A DNA stretch of 61,365 nt, filler included, from Candidatus Aminicenantales bacterium (lineage in GTDB: Bacteria > Acidobacteriota > Aminicenantia > Aminicenantales > Saccharicenantaceae): the NCBI GenBank assembly GCA_049512315.1. It is 5 parts of 4 records of this genome, joined end to end, with 100 filler letters (N's around TTAATTAATTAA, not from the genome) between each part and the next. Parts side by side here need not be neighbours in the genome. Positions count along the whole stretch, not along the records: positions 1 to 2,553 come from JBEKXF010000002.1; positions 2,654 to 17,193 come from JBEKXF010000004.1; 3 more parts are not named here. The stretch is one strand, 5' to 3'. Within the stretch, counting starts at the first letter, position 1. Each line of letters begins with the position of its first letter. A program made the translations under genes and the position numbers. This document shows positions 1 through 9,780 of the stretch, in pieces. The notes beneath the pieces are model-generated. The model did no database searches. It had not been told where the DNA came from and worked only from the letters and a program-made list of their open reading frames with translations.

Positions 1-2
1 GC

Positions 3-464
3 GGCCGCCTCGGCCGGGCCGCTTTTTCCGACCCCGAGGCCCGCGGGTTCCTGAACAAGCTCCTCCACCCTCTGGTCCTGGCCGAGGAAAAGCGCCTCAT
101 CGCCCGCCTCGAGCGGGAGGGCCGCACGGCGATCTTTATCTCCGAAGCCGCCCTGACGATCGAGGCCGGCTATTCCCGCTATTATGATAGGATCATCGTC
201 GTCCACTGTCCCGAGGGCGTCCAGGCCCAAAGGCTCATGGAGCGCGACGGGATCACCGAAGAGGAAGCCCGGAAAAGGATCGGGGCCCAGATGACCGGGG
301 AGGAGAAGCTCCGCCACGCCGATTACGTGATCGAGGCCTCGGGCTCATTCATGGAGACGATCGAGCAGACGGAGAGAGTTTACGCCGCGCTTCTCCAGGA
401 CGCCGAGCTCAAGCCCAAGCCCAAGCGCAAAAAAAGGACGGTCCTATTTTTTTGTGATATGTGA
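3..464 (+). CDS. coaE: Dephospho-CoA kinase, 5'-truncated by window edge
   Basis: Frame open from nt 3: LGRAVFSDPEARGFLNKLLHPLV...EAALTIEAG...DRIIVVHCP..Q..RLMERDG.....A..RIGAQM......HADYVI, typical of the CoaE C-terminal half. Confidence 0.9.
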   Translation, partial: GRLGRAAFSDPEARGFLNKLLHPLVLAEEKRLIARLEREGRTAIFISEAALTIEAGYSRYYDRIIVVHCPEGVQAQRLMERDGITEEEARKRIGAQMTGEEKLRHADYVIEASGSFMETIEQTERVYAALLQDAELKPKPKRKKRTVLFFCDM

Positions 465-516
465 GGCCAACCACAATCCGAGCGAAGGTGGAAAAAGAGG
501 ACCGTCCCCCTTTTCC

Positions 517-804
517 TCAGCTGAGCTTGGCCTTGGACAAGAGGGTCTTCAATTCCTGGCCGGGGCGGAACTTGATCCTCCGGCCCTTTTCTATCCGGAT
601 CTGTTTCTTGCGGCGGATGTCCCTTCCGAAACCGGTCTTTTTGGCGACGACCTTGAAGCTGCCGAAGCCGCGGATCTCCACCTTCTCATTTTCCGCCAGA
701 GCGGACTTGAGCGAGCTCAGGACCCCCTCGACGATGGACAATGATTTGGCCCTATTGAACTCGGATTTTTTCTCGATCGCAAGGGCGATATCATTCTTGA
801 TCAT
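517..804 (-). CDS. HU/IHF-family DNA-binding protein
   Basis: 95 aa with VEIRGFGSF and IKFRPGQELK motifs. Confidence 0.93.
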   Translation of the reverse strand: MIKNDIALAIEKKSEFNRAKSLSIVEGVLSSLKSALAENEKVEIRGFGSFKVVAKKTGFGRDIRRKKQIRIEKGRRIKFRPGQELKTLLSKAKLS

Positions 805-885
805 CGAAAGAGCTCCTTACTCTAAAAAAACGATAGATATTAATTAATTTATTGATAATAAAAAGTCAAGCACAATTATCCCCGG

Positions 886-914
886 TTGACTTGACCCTCG
901 CGAGTTTCTATAAT
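886..914 (+). promoter_or_regulatory. sigma70-type promoter of nfeD
   Basis: TTGACT (886-891), 17 bp, TATAAT (909-914). Confidence 0.7.
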
Positions 915-923
915 GAAGGCAAG

Positions 924-2198
924 GTGCGCACCAGAATCCTCCTGTTCCTTTTGCTTGTCTGTCCTGCGGTTTCGTCCGCCGCGATCCTGAAGATCACGGT
1001 CGACGCGCCGATCCATCCCATCACCGCCGAGTACATCGTCCGGACGATCGAGAGGGCCGACCGCGAGGGCGCCGCGCTCATCATCATGAGCCTCAACACG
1101 CCCGGGGGGCTGGATAGCTCCATGCGTCAGATCATCGAAAAGATCGTCAACGCCCGGACCCCCGTCGCGGTTTACGTGGCGCCGAGCGGAGCCCGGGCCG
1201 CTTCGGCCGGGTTTTTCATCGGCATCGCCTCCGACATCTTCGCTATGGCCCCTGGGACCAACACGGGGGCCGCCCATCCCGTGGGCCTGTCCATCACCGG
1301 CCAGGCCATGGACAAGACGATGGAAGACAAGGTCACCCACGACGCGGCCTCCTATATCAAAACCCTGGCCGAAAAGCGGGGCCGGAACATCGGGCTGGCC
1401 GAGGACGCCGTCCGCAAAAGCCTGTCCTACACCGAGCAGGAGGCCCTCAAGGGCGGCCTGATCGACATCGTGGCCAGGACGGACCGTGATATCATCGAGG
1501 CCTTCGACGGCAAGCGACTCAAGCGGTTCAACGGCGAAGAGACGACGCTTTCCTTGAAGAAGGAGCCCGTCACATCCATCCCGATGTCGTTCCGCCAACA
1601 GTTTCTGCTGACGATCTCCAATCCGAACCTGGCCTACATCCTGCTCATGATCGGCCTCCTGGGCCTGTATTTCGAATTCGCCCATCCCGGGGCCATCCTG
1701 CCCGGCGTCCTGGGCGGCATCTGCCTCCTGCTCGCGGTCTTCTCCTTTCAGATCCTGCCGATCAATTACGTCGGGCTGATGCTGATCATCCTGGCGATCG
1801 TCCTTTTCGTCCTCGAGGTCAAGGTCCACAGCTACGGCATGCTTTCGCTGGGAGGGATCACGGCCATGGTCATCGGCTCCGTCATGCTCATCAAGGCACC
1901 CATCCCCGAGCTCCGGCCGAGCTTCCGGGTCATCATCCCGATGGCCCTCGGCATTTCCTTGATTCTCATCTTCCTCGTCTATCTCGTCGTCCGCGCCCAC
2001 GCCCGCCGGGCCTTTACCGGGAAGGAGGGCATGGTCGGCGAGGTCGGACGCGCCCAGACCGACCTTTCCCCGTCCGGCAAGATCTTCGTCCACGGCGAGA
2101 TTTGGGAGGCGGAGGCGACGGAGCCCGTGGCCCGGGGCGGGAAGGTCAAGGTCATTGAGGTCCTGGACACCATGAAAGTCCGGGTCAGGAAAGCCTGA
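924..2198 (+). CDS. nfeD: NfeD-family membrane-bound serine protease (ClpP-class)
   Basis: Signal peptide from GTG 924; LNTPGG, ARAASAG and GTNTGAAHPV motifs; TM bundle; C-terminal OB domain (GKIFVHGEIWEA). Confidence 0.92.
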   Translation: MRTRILLFLLLVCPAVSSAAILKITVDAPIHPITAEYIVRTIERADREGAALIIMSLNTPGGLDSSMRQIIEKIVNARTPVAVYVAPSGARAASAGFFIGIASDIFAMAPGTNTGAAHPVGLSITGQAMDKTMEDKVTHDAASYIKTLAEKRGRNIGLAEDAVRKSLSYTEQEALKGGLIDIVARTDRDIIEAFDGKRLKRFNGEETTLSLKKEPVTSIPMSFRQQFLLTISNPNLAYILLMIGLLGLYFEFAHPGAILPGVLGGICLLLAVFSFQILPINYVGLMLIILAIVLFVLEVKVHSYGMLSLGGITAMVIGSVMLIKAPIPELRPSFRVIIPMALGISLILIFLVYLVVRAHARRAFTGKEGMVGEVGRAQTDLSPSGKIFVHGEIWEAEATEPVARGGKVKVIEVLDTMKVRVRKA

Positions 2199-2244
2199 AC
2201 CCAGAAATATCGGGAGGCCCTAGGCCTCCGCAAGGAGAAAAATC

Positions 2245-2553
2245 ATGATCACGTATCCCGTCATCGTCGTCGGACTCATAGTGCTTTATCTTTTGAACTC
2301 GATCAAGATCCTCAAGGAGTACGAGCGGGGGGTCATCTTCCGGCTCGGCCGCGTCCTTCCCAAGCCCAAGGGGCCCGGCATCATCCTCGTCTTCTCCCCG
2401 ATCGACCGCATCGTGAGGATCAGCCTGCGGCTCATCACGATGGACATCCCGCCCCAGGACGTCATCACCAAGGACAACGTCACGGTCAAGGTCAACGCCG
2501 TCCTGTACTTCAGGGTCATCGACCCGCTCAAGTGCGTGATCGAGGTCCAGGAT
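2245..2553 (+). CDS. SPFH/stomatin-family (slipin) protein, truncated by contig end
   Basis: EYERGVIFRLGR and QDVITKDNVTVKVNAVLYFRV; canonical partner downstream of nfeD. Confidence 0.92.
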
Positions 2554-2653
2554 NNNNNNNNNNNNNNNNNNNNNNNNNNNNNNNNNNNNNNNNNNNNTTA
2601 ATTAATTAANNNNNNNNNNNNNNNNNNNNNNNNNNNNNNNNNNNNNNNNNNNN
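2554..2653. other. Artificial contig linker
   Basis: N-run with central TTAATTAATTAA (stops in all six frames). Confidence 0.98.
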
Positions 2654-4608
<1,955 letters not shown>

Positions 4609-4707
4609 AATCTTCCCCTTGCTTAACTTATAGCACAATCGCCAGGCGGGCGAAAGGGCCCGCCGCTTTCACGCGCGGCTATGAGCAGTCGGCCCCTTGC
4701 GGCAGGC

Positions 4708-5292
4708 CTATTTCCGCCGGACCGGGATCCAGATTTCCGTGCGCAGCTCCTCGGGCTTGACCTGCATGGGGTTGTTCATGTAGCGCTCGAGGACCGGCCC
4801 GGACGCCGTGAAGCCCTGGGCCTTGATCCAGTCCATGAGGCGCTGGATCGTCTCGCCGGCCTTCGCGTACGGACCGGTGTGCACCGCCGCGGCGACGGCC
4901 GGATAATTCCAGGTTTTCTTCTCGAGAGGGGCTTGGGGCGACGCCTGCTCGCTGACCTCGAACCCGACCTCCCAGGAGAGCTCCTCGGGTTTGGCCTGGG
5001 CGGGGGCATTGTAATAGACGCCGATCATGGGGCCCCGGATCGAGGCGAACAGGCCTTGGCTCTGCATGGCCTGCATAAGTTGGCCGATGACGCCCGACAT
5101 GTCCGAGAGAGGACCCTTATGGGCGATCGAGCAATAGGTGAAAGGCTTGATCTCTTTCATGGAAGCGAATGGCTCTTGGGATTGTTGGGGAATGTCGCCG
5201 TCGGCGCGAGCCGCCGATGAGAGCGAAGGACCGGACAGCGCTAAGCCCACGGCTGCCAACGCGAACCAAAGGATCAAACGTTTTTGTTTCAT
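4708..5292 (-). CDS. GyrI-like small-molecule-binding protein with signal peptide
   Basis: HKGP..., HTGPY......I..LMDWI...G....GPVLERYMNNP......EELRTEIWIPV. Confidence 0.85.
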   Translation of the reverse strand: MKQKRLILWFALAAVGLALSGPSLSSAARADGDIPQQSQEPFASMKEIKPFTYCSIAHKGPLSDMSGVIGQLMQAMQSQGLFASIRGPMIGVYYNAPAQAKPEELSWEVGFEVSEQASPQAPLEKKTWNYPAVAAAVHTGPYAKAGETIQRLMDWIKAQGFTASGPVLERYMNNPMQVKPEELRTEIWIPVRRK

Positions 5293-5372
5293 CGGTTACC
5301 TCCCTATGCCTTCGAGTCAGGCCGGACCCATCCTATCACACCCCGCGGCCGGGTGAATCCCCGGGGTCGGGG

Positions 5373-6221
5373 CTATTTCCAGACGAGCTTTTCGAGGCCT
5401 TTCAGCCTCTTGAGCGCGGCCGCGTCGGTTTGGTCGAGCGTGAGCGGCGTCACGGCGATGTAGCCGTTCCTTACGGCCCAGGTGTCCGTGTTCTCGGGGC
5501 CCGCGTCCAGGGTCTTGTATGACGGCCAGTAAGAATCCTGCCCGTCCCCCGTCTCCCTCTTCTCAAAGAATTCCATGGTCGGGCGGACGTCCTGCCTGGT
5601 GATCATGATGCCCTTGATCCTGTCCTTGGGTAGAGCAGGGATGTTGATGTTGAGAAGCATCCCTTTCTCGAAACCCTTCCGGGCGAGCTCCCGGACGAGG
5701 GCGGACGTGAAGTCCGCGGCGGCCTTGTAGTCCATGTCCGGTCCGCTCTGGAGATTGACGGAGATCGCCGGGATCCGGAGGAAGGCCGCCTCCCTGGCCG
5801 CCGCCACCGTCGCCGAATAGAAGGTCACGAGACCGACGTTCTCCCCTCTGTTGGTGCCGGCGATAACGATGTCCGGCTTTTCCGGAAGAAGGGATTCCAG
5901 GGCCAGGCGGACACAGGAGGCCGGGGTGGCGTCGATCGCGAACCACGTGGCGCCCTTCCGCTCGCTTTTCCGGACGGGGATGAGCTTTCGCGTCGTCATC
6001 CCGTGGCTGATCCCGCTCTGCTCCCGGACGGGGGCGGCGACCGTGACGGTCCCGACCTTCTGCAGGGCATCGAAAAGGGTCGCCAGCCCCGGCGCCTCGA
6101 TCCCGTCGTCGTTGGAGAGCAAGATCTTCGGGGGAACGGGCTCGACGCCGGCGCAGCGGACGGCGGCCGCCAGCAGGAAAGCCAGCGCGACCATGGTCAT
6201 GGTTCTTCGGTTCGTCCTCAT
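5373..6221 (-). CDS. surE: 5'/3'-nucleotidase SurE with N-terminal signal peptide
   Basis: ILLSNDDGIEAPG, APxxEQSGISH, ATPASCV, GTNRGENVG...YSATVAAA, GYIAVTPL. Confidence 0.92.
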   Translation of the reverse strand: MRTNRRTMTMVALAFLLAAAVRCAGVEPVPPKILLSNDDGIEAPGLATLFDALQKVGTVTVAAPVREQSGISHGMTTRKLIPVRKSERKGATWFAIDATPASCVRLALESLLPEKPDIVIAGTNRGENVGLVTFYSATVAAAREAAFLRIPAISVNLQSGPDMDYKAAADFTSALVRELARKGFEKGMLLNINIPALPKDRIKGIMITRQDVRPTMEFFEKRETGDGQDSYWPSYKTLDAGPENTDTWAVRNGYIAVTPLTLDQTDAAALKRLKGLEKLVWK

Positions 6222-6362
6222 GTCTGTCTCCTTGTCGCCCGCGAAGCGATGTGCACAATGTTTGTGCAGTTTATGAAAAGTGCGCGCCCTTCAAGTCTTT
6301 AGAAAATCTCCGGGGCTCTTTTTCCACAGGCTTTTGCACAATTCCTGTGGAAATCGGGACCG

Positions 6363-8765
6363 CTAGTTTTTATTTTTGACATAACGGTCGAACCATTCGA
6401 ACATTTCGGCGAGGACGTCGAGGACGGATTCGCGGGCCGAGTATCCGTGGCTCTCGCAGGGGAGCATGACCAGCCGGGCCGTGGCCCCGAAGCCCTTCAA
6501 GGCGGCGAAGAGACGCTCGGACTGGATCGGGAACGTTCCGGAGTTGTTGTCGGCCTCGCCGTGGATCATGAGGAGCGGCGTCTTGATCTTGTCGGCGCGC
6601 ATGAAGGGCGACATCTTGATGTAGGTGTCCGGGGCCTCCCAAAGGGTCCGGCGCTCGCTCTGGAAGCCGAAGGGAGTCAGTGTACGATTGTATGCACCGC
6701 TTCTGGCAATCCCGGCGGCGAAGAGGTCGCAGTGGGCGAGCAGGTTGGCCGTCATGAAGGCGCCGTAGCTGTGGCCGCCGACCCCGACCCGCTTGGGGTC
6801 GCCGACGCCCATCTCGTCAAGTTTCTGAATGGCCGCCTTGGCGTTGGCCACGATCTGCTGGACGAAGGTATCATTGACGGTCTTGGGGTCGCCGACGACC
6901 GGCATGGTGGCGTTGTCGAGGACGGCGTATCCCTGGGTGACAAAGAAAAGCTCGGAGATGCCCCGGTAGAAGGTGAACCGGTTGGCCGACCCCCGGACCT
7001 GCCCGGCCGTGCCGCGGTCGTTGTATTCCAAGGGATAGGCCCAGATAACGACGGGCAGCCGGGTGCCGGGCTTGTGGTCCGCGGGCAGGTAGAGCGTGCC
7101 GGAGAGCTCGACGCCGTCATCGCGTTTGTACTTGACGAGCTCTTTCTTGACGGCCGTGAGCTCCGGGGCCGGATCCTTGAAGTCGGTCAGGGCCCTCCGC
7201 TTTCCGCTTTTGAGGTCGAGCAGAAAATAGTTGGGCGGCTCGGTGCGGGACTCGCGGCTGGTGATGATCTGGTTGCGGGAAGAGCCGTTGAAGGCCATGA
7301 AGGTCTCGTAGCCGGGGTCCTGGCACTGGAAGAGGCGCTCCTTCTTCATCGTCTTCAGGTTCATCCGGTCGAGGAAGGGGTGGTCGCCTTGGGGCGAAGC
7401 GCCGCTGCCGCTGAGATAGATCCAGTCCTTTTCAAGCAGGATGACGCGCTCGCCCGTTTTGAGCGCGGCCGTGACGGGGAAGCCGGGATTGCCGTATTGG
7501 TCCTGGACGTTGAGGTCGAAAAGCTTGCGCGGTGCCGCCTGCGGGTGGTCGAGGTCCGCGAGCCAGGTCGTGCGCCACCTTTTCTTCCAGTTGAATTCGG
7601 ACGCGAGGGCCAATCCCGGCTTGTCGAAGAAATTCAGCCCCTGGGCCCGTTCCTTGAGCTTGAGGACCTCGGCGGGCTCGGCGGTGAAGGGAGCGGCCAG
7701 GGTCATCAGCCGGTCGCGGCAGGGCGCGTCCTTCTCCGGGTCGCCCCCGTCCAGGGCCTCGGTCCAGATCAGGGTGGCCGGCTTCAGAGCCATCCAGTCG
7801 GCGTTGCGCGGGCCCATGGGGACGCCGTTGATCGGGACGTCTTCGGCCGGGGGCAGGTCGGCCAGGACCTTGACCGTCCGGCCGTCCATGTCCCAGATCT
7901 CGTAGGCGTGGGCGAACTCGAAATAGGAGACGGAATAGGAATAAGGCCGCTTGACCCGATCGACCAGGATGTAGCCCATGGAGGGGGACGGCGAGACGTC
8001 CGAAAAGACCCCCGGGGTTCCGATCTTCTTGACCGCGCCCGTGGCGGCATCGACGATCGCCAGTTGGGACATCGCGTAGTAATCGAAGAGGACCTCGTCG
8101 AACGCGTTCTTGAGCAGGTCCTCGTACGTGGCGACCTTGGTGGACTGGCCCGAGGTCTCCTGGACGTTGGGGCCCTTGGGGACGCGCAGCGCCTCCGGGG
8201 CCGGGCCGCGGCCCTCGGGAACGAAGCAAACGAGCATGCTCTTGCCTTCGGGCATCCAGCCGAAGCCCGCAGCAACGGCGTTTATCGCCGGTCCGGTCAG
8301 GGATTTGGCGGTGCCGGCGGCGACGTCTAGAGACCAGAGCTCGACACCGCTATCGACGTAGCGGAGGAAGGCGATGGTCCTGCCGTCCGGCGCCCAGGAG
8401 AGGGAGGTGAATTTGAAGCCGTCGGGGAGGGCAATCCGGCGGACCGTTCCGGTCCTGACGTCCTTGAGGCTGAGACCCGTGTTGAAGCTCAGAACCTGGC
8501 GGCTGTTGTTGGCCGGGGTGATGCGGATCCCGGCGATCCTCAGCAGGGGCTGGGAGATATAGGCGATGGTCGGCATGGCCTCGTATTCGATGAGGGCCAT
8601 GATGTCGCTGGCCGGGCTCATGGAGACCCGCGGCGTGGGCGGTGCGTCGACGATGGCAATGACCTCCTTCGGCGGGAGCTTATACGGCTCCTGGGCGAGA
8701 AGGATGGGTACTGCGGCCAGCCAGAGGGCGAGAAGAACGGTCAGGCCGATGAAGGTCTTTTTCAT
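6363..8765 (-). CDS. S9-family (prolyl oligopeptidase-like) secreted peptidase
   Basis: Signal peptide from MKKT; GGHSYGAFM nucleophile motif; HGEADNNSGT; ESHGY. Confidence 0.92.
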   Translation of the reverse strand: MKKTFIGLTVLLALWLAAVPILLAQEPYKLPPKEVIAIVDAPPTPRVSMSPASDIMALIEYEAMPTIAYISQPLLRIAGIRITPANNSRQVLSFNTGLSLKDVRTGTVRRIALPDGFKFTSLSWAPDGRTIAFLRYVDSGVELWSLDVAAGTAKSLTGPAINAVAAGFGWMPEGKSMLVCFVPEGRGPAPEALRVPKGPNVQETSGQSTKVATYEDLLKNAFDEVLFDYYAMSQLAIVDAATGAVKKIGTPGVFSDVSPSPSMGYILVDRVKRPYSYSVSYFEFAHAYEIWDMDGRTVKVLADLPPAEDVPINGVPMGPRNADWMALKPATLIWTEALDGGDPEKDAPCRDRLMTLAAPFTAEPAEVLKLKERAQGLNFFDKPGLALASEFNWKKRWRTTWLADLDHPQAAPRKLFDLNVQDQYGNPGFPVTAALKTGERVILLEKDWIYLSGSGASPQGDHPFLDRMNLKTMKKERLFQCQDPGYETFMAFNGSSRNQIITSRESRTEPPNYFLLDLKSGKRRALTDFKDPAPELTAVKKELVKYKRDDGVELSGTLYLPADHKPGTRLPVVIWAYPLEYNDRGTAGQVRGSANRFTFYRGISELFFVTQGYAVLDNATMPVVGDPKTVNDTFVQQIVANAKAAIQKLDEMGVGDPKRVGVGGHSYGAFMTANLLAHCDLFAAGIARSGAYNRTLTPFGFQSERRTLWEAPDTYIKMSPFMRADKIKTPLLMIHGEADNNSGTFPIQSERLFAALKGFGATARLVMLPCESHGYSARESVLDVLAEMFEWFDRYVKNKN

Positions 8766-8861
8766 CGTGGTCCCCTTTCCCGGTTCGGGCGTCATGTTCA
8801 AGAGGGAATATTCTATCCTGCGGACCGGTCCGTTTTCAATAAGATAAGAAGATAAAGATAA

Positions 8862-8910
8862 GGGGTCAAACCTTCATTTTCCAGTTTTCTTATAAGTGTA
8901 GGTTTGCCCC
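8862..8910. repeat. Imperfect inverted repeat (REP-like)
   Basis: GGGGTCAAACCT ... AGGTTTGCCCC, preceded by AAGATA tandem units. Confidence 0.5.
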
Positions 8911-8978
8911 CAGGGCCTTGACGAGTTGTCGATTGGCCGGGAGTTCTTCTATAATGGCCTCGGACTCACGACTCCGCC

Positions 8979-9704
8979 ATGCGCGATCGAATCGAAGCCC
9001 CGGCCTATCTCTCCATCGTCATTCCCGCCTATAACGAGGCAAAGCGGCTCGGGCCGAGCCTGGAAAAGATCCTCGGATACCTGAAGACGAAGCCCTTCGC
9101 TTCGGAGGTCATCGTCGTTGACGACGGGAGCCGGGACAAGACGGCGGAAGTCGCGGGAGCCGTGCTCGAGGGCCGCGTTCCGTTCCGGATCGTCCGGTCG
9201 GACACGAATCACGGCAAAGGATACGCGGTCAAGGCCGGCGTCCTCGCTTCGGCCGGGCAGGTCGTTCTGTTCACCGATGCCGACCTTTCGACGCCCATCG
9301 AGGAGCTCGACAAATTTCTGTCGCGTCTCGGCGAGGGATTCGACATCGTCATCGGCTCGCGGGCGCTCCCCGGATGCGACATCCGGGTCCGCCAGGCGGC
9401 GCCCCGCGAGGCCCTGGGCAAGTTCTTCAACCGCCTCGTCCGGTTGTCCGTCATGAAAGGCTGCCGGGACACGCAGTGCGGCTTCAAAGTGTTCCGGCGC
9501 GCGGCCGCGATGGACCTTTTTTCGAGGCTTCAGACTGAGGGCTTCAGCTTCGACGTCGAGCTCCTCCTGCTGGCCAGGAAGGCGGGCTACCGGATCGCCG
9601 AGGTCCCGGTCGTGTGGTGCAACTCGCGCCCCAGCCGAGTCCGGATCGTCCAGGGCTCGTGGCAGATGCTGAAGGAGATCATGAGGATCCGGCGGCTCCG
9701 TTGA
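8979..9704 (+). CDS. GT2 glycosyltransferase (dolichyl-phosphate beta-glucosyltransferase-like)
   Basis: SIVIPAYNE, VVDDGSRD, NHGKGYAV, FTDADLSTP, DTQCGFK, FSFDVELL. Confidence 0.92.
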   Translation: MRDRIEAPAYLSIVIPAYNEAKRLGPSLEKILGYLKTKPFASEVIVVDDGSRDKTAEVAGAVLEGRVPFRIVRSDTNHGKGYAVKAGVLASAGQVVLFTDADLSTPIEELDKFLSRLGEGFDIVIGSRALPGCDIRVRQAAPREALGKFFNRLVRLSVMKGCRDTQCGFKVFRRAAAMDLFSRLQTEGFSFDVELLLLARKAGYRIAEVPVVWCNSRPSRVRIVQGSWQMLKEIMRIRRLR

Positions 9705-9716
9705 CGCTGCGCAAAA

Positions 9717-9775
9717 GGGGGACATAATACTCTGTCCCCCCCGGGCACGAAATAAGGGAGAGAGTATTGTGTCCC
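9717..9775. terminator. Inverted repeat between convergent genes (terminator or REP-like)
   Basis: GGGACATAATACTCT / AGAGTATTGTGTCCC, 14/15 paired. Confidence 0.55.
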
Positions 9776-9780
9776 TCGGT

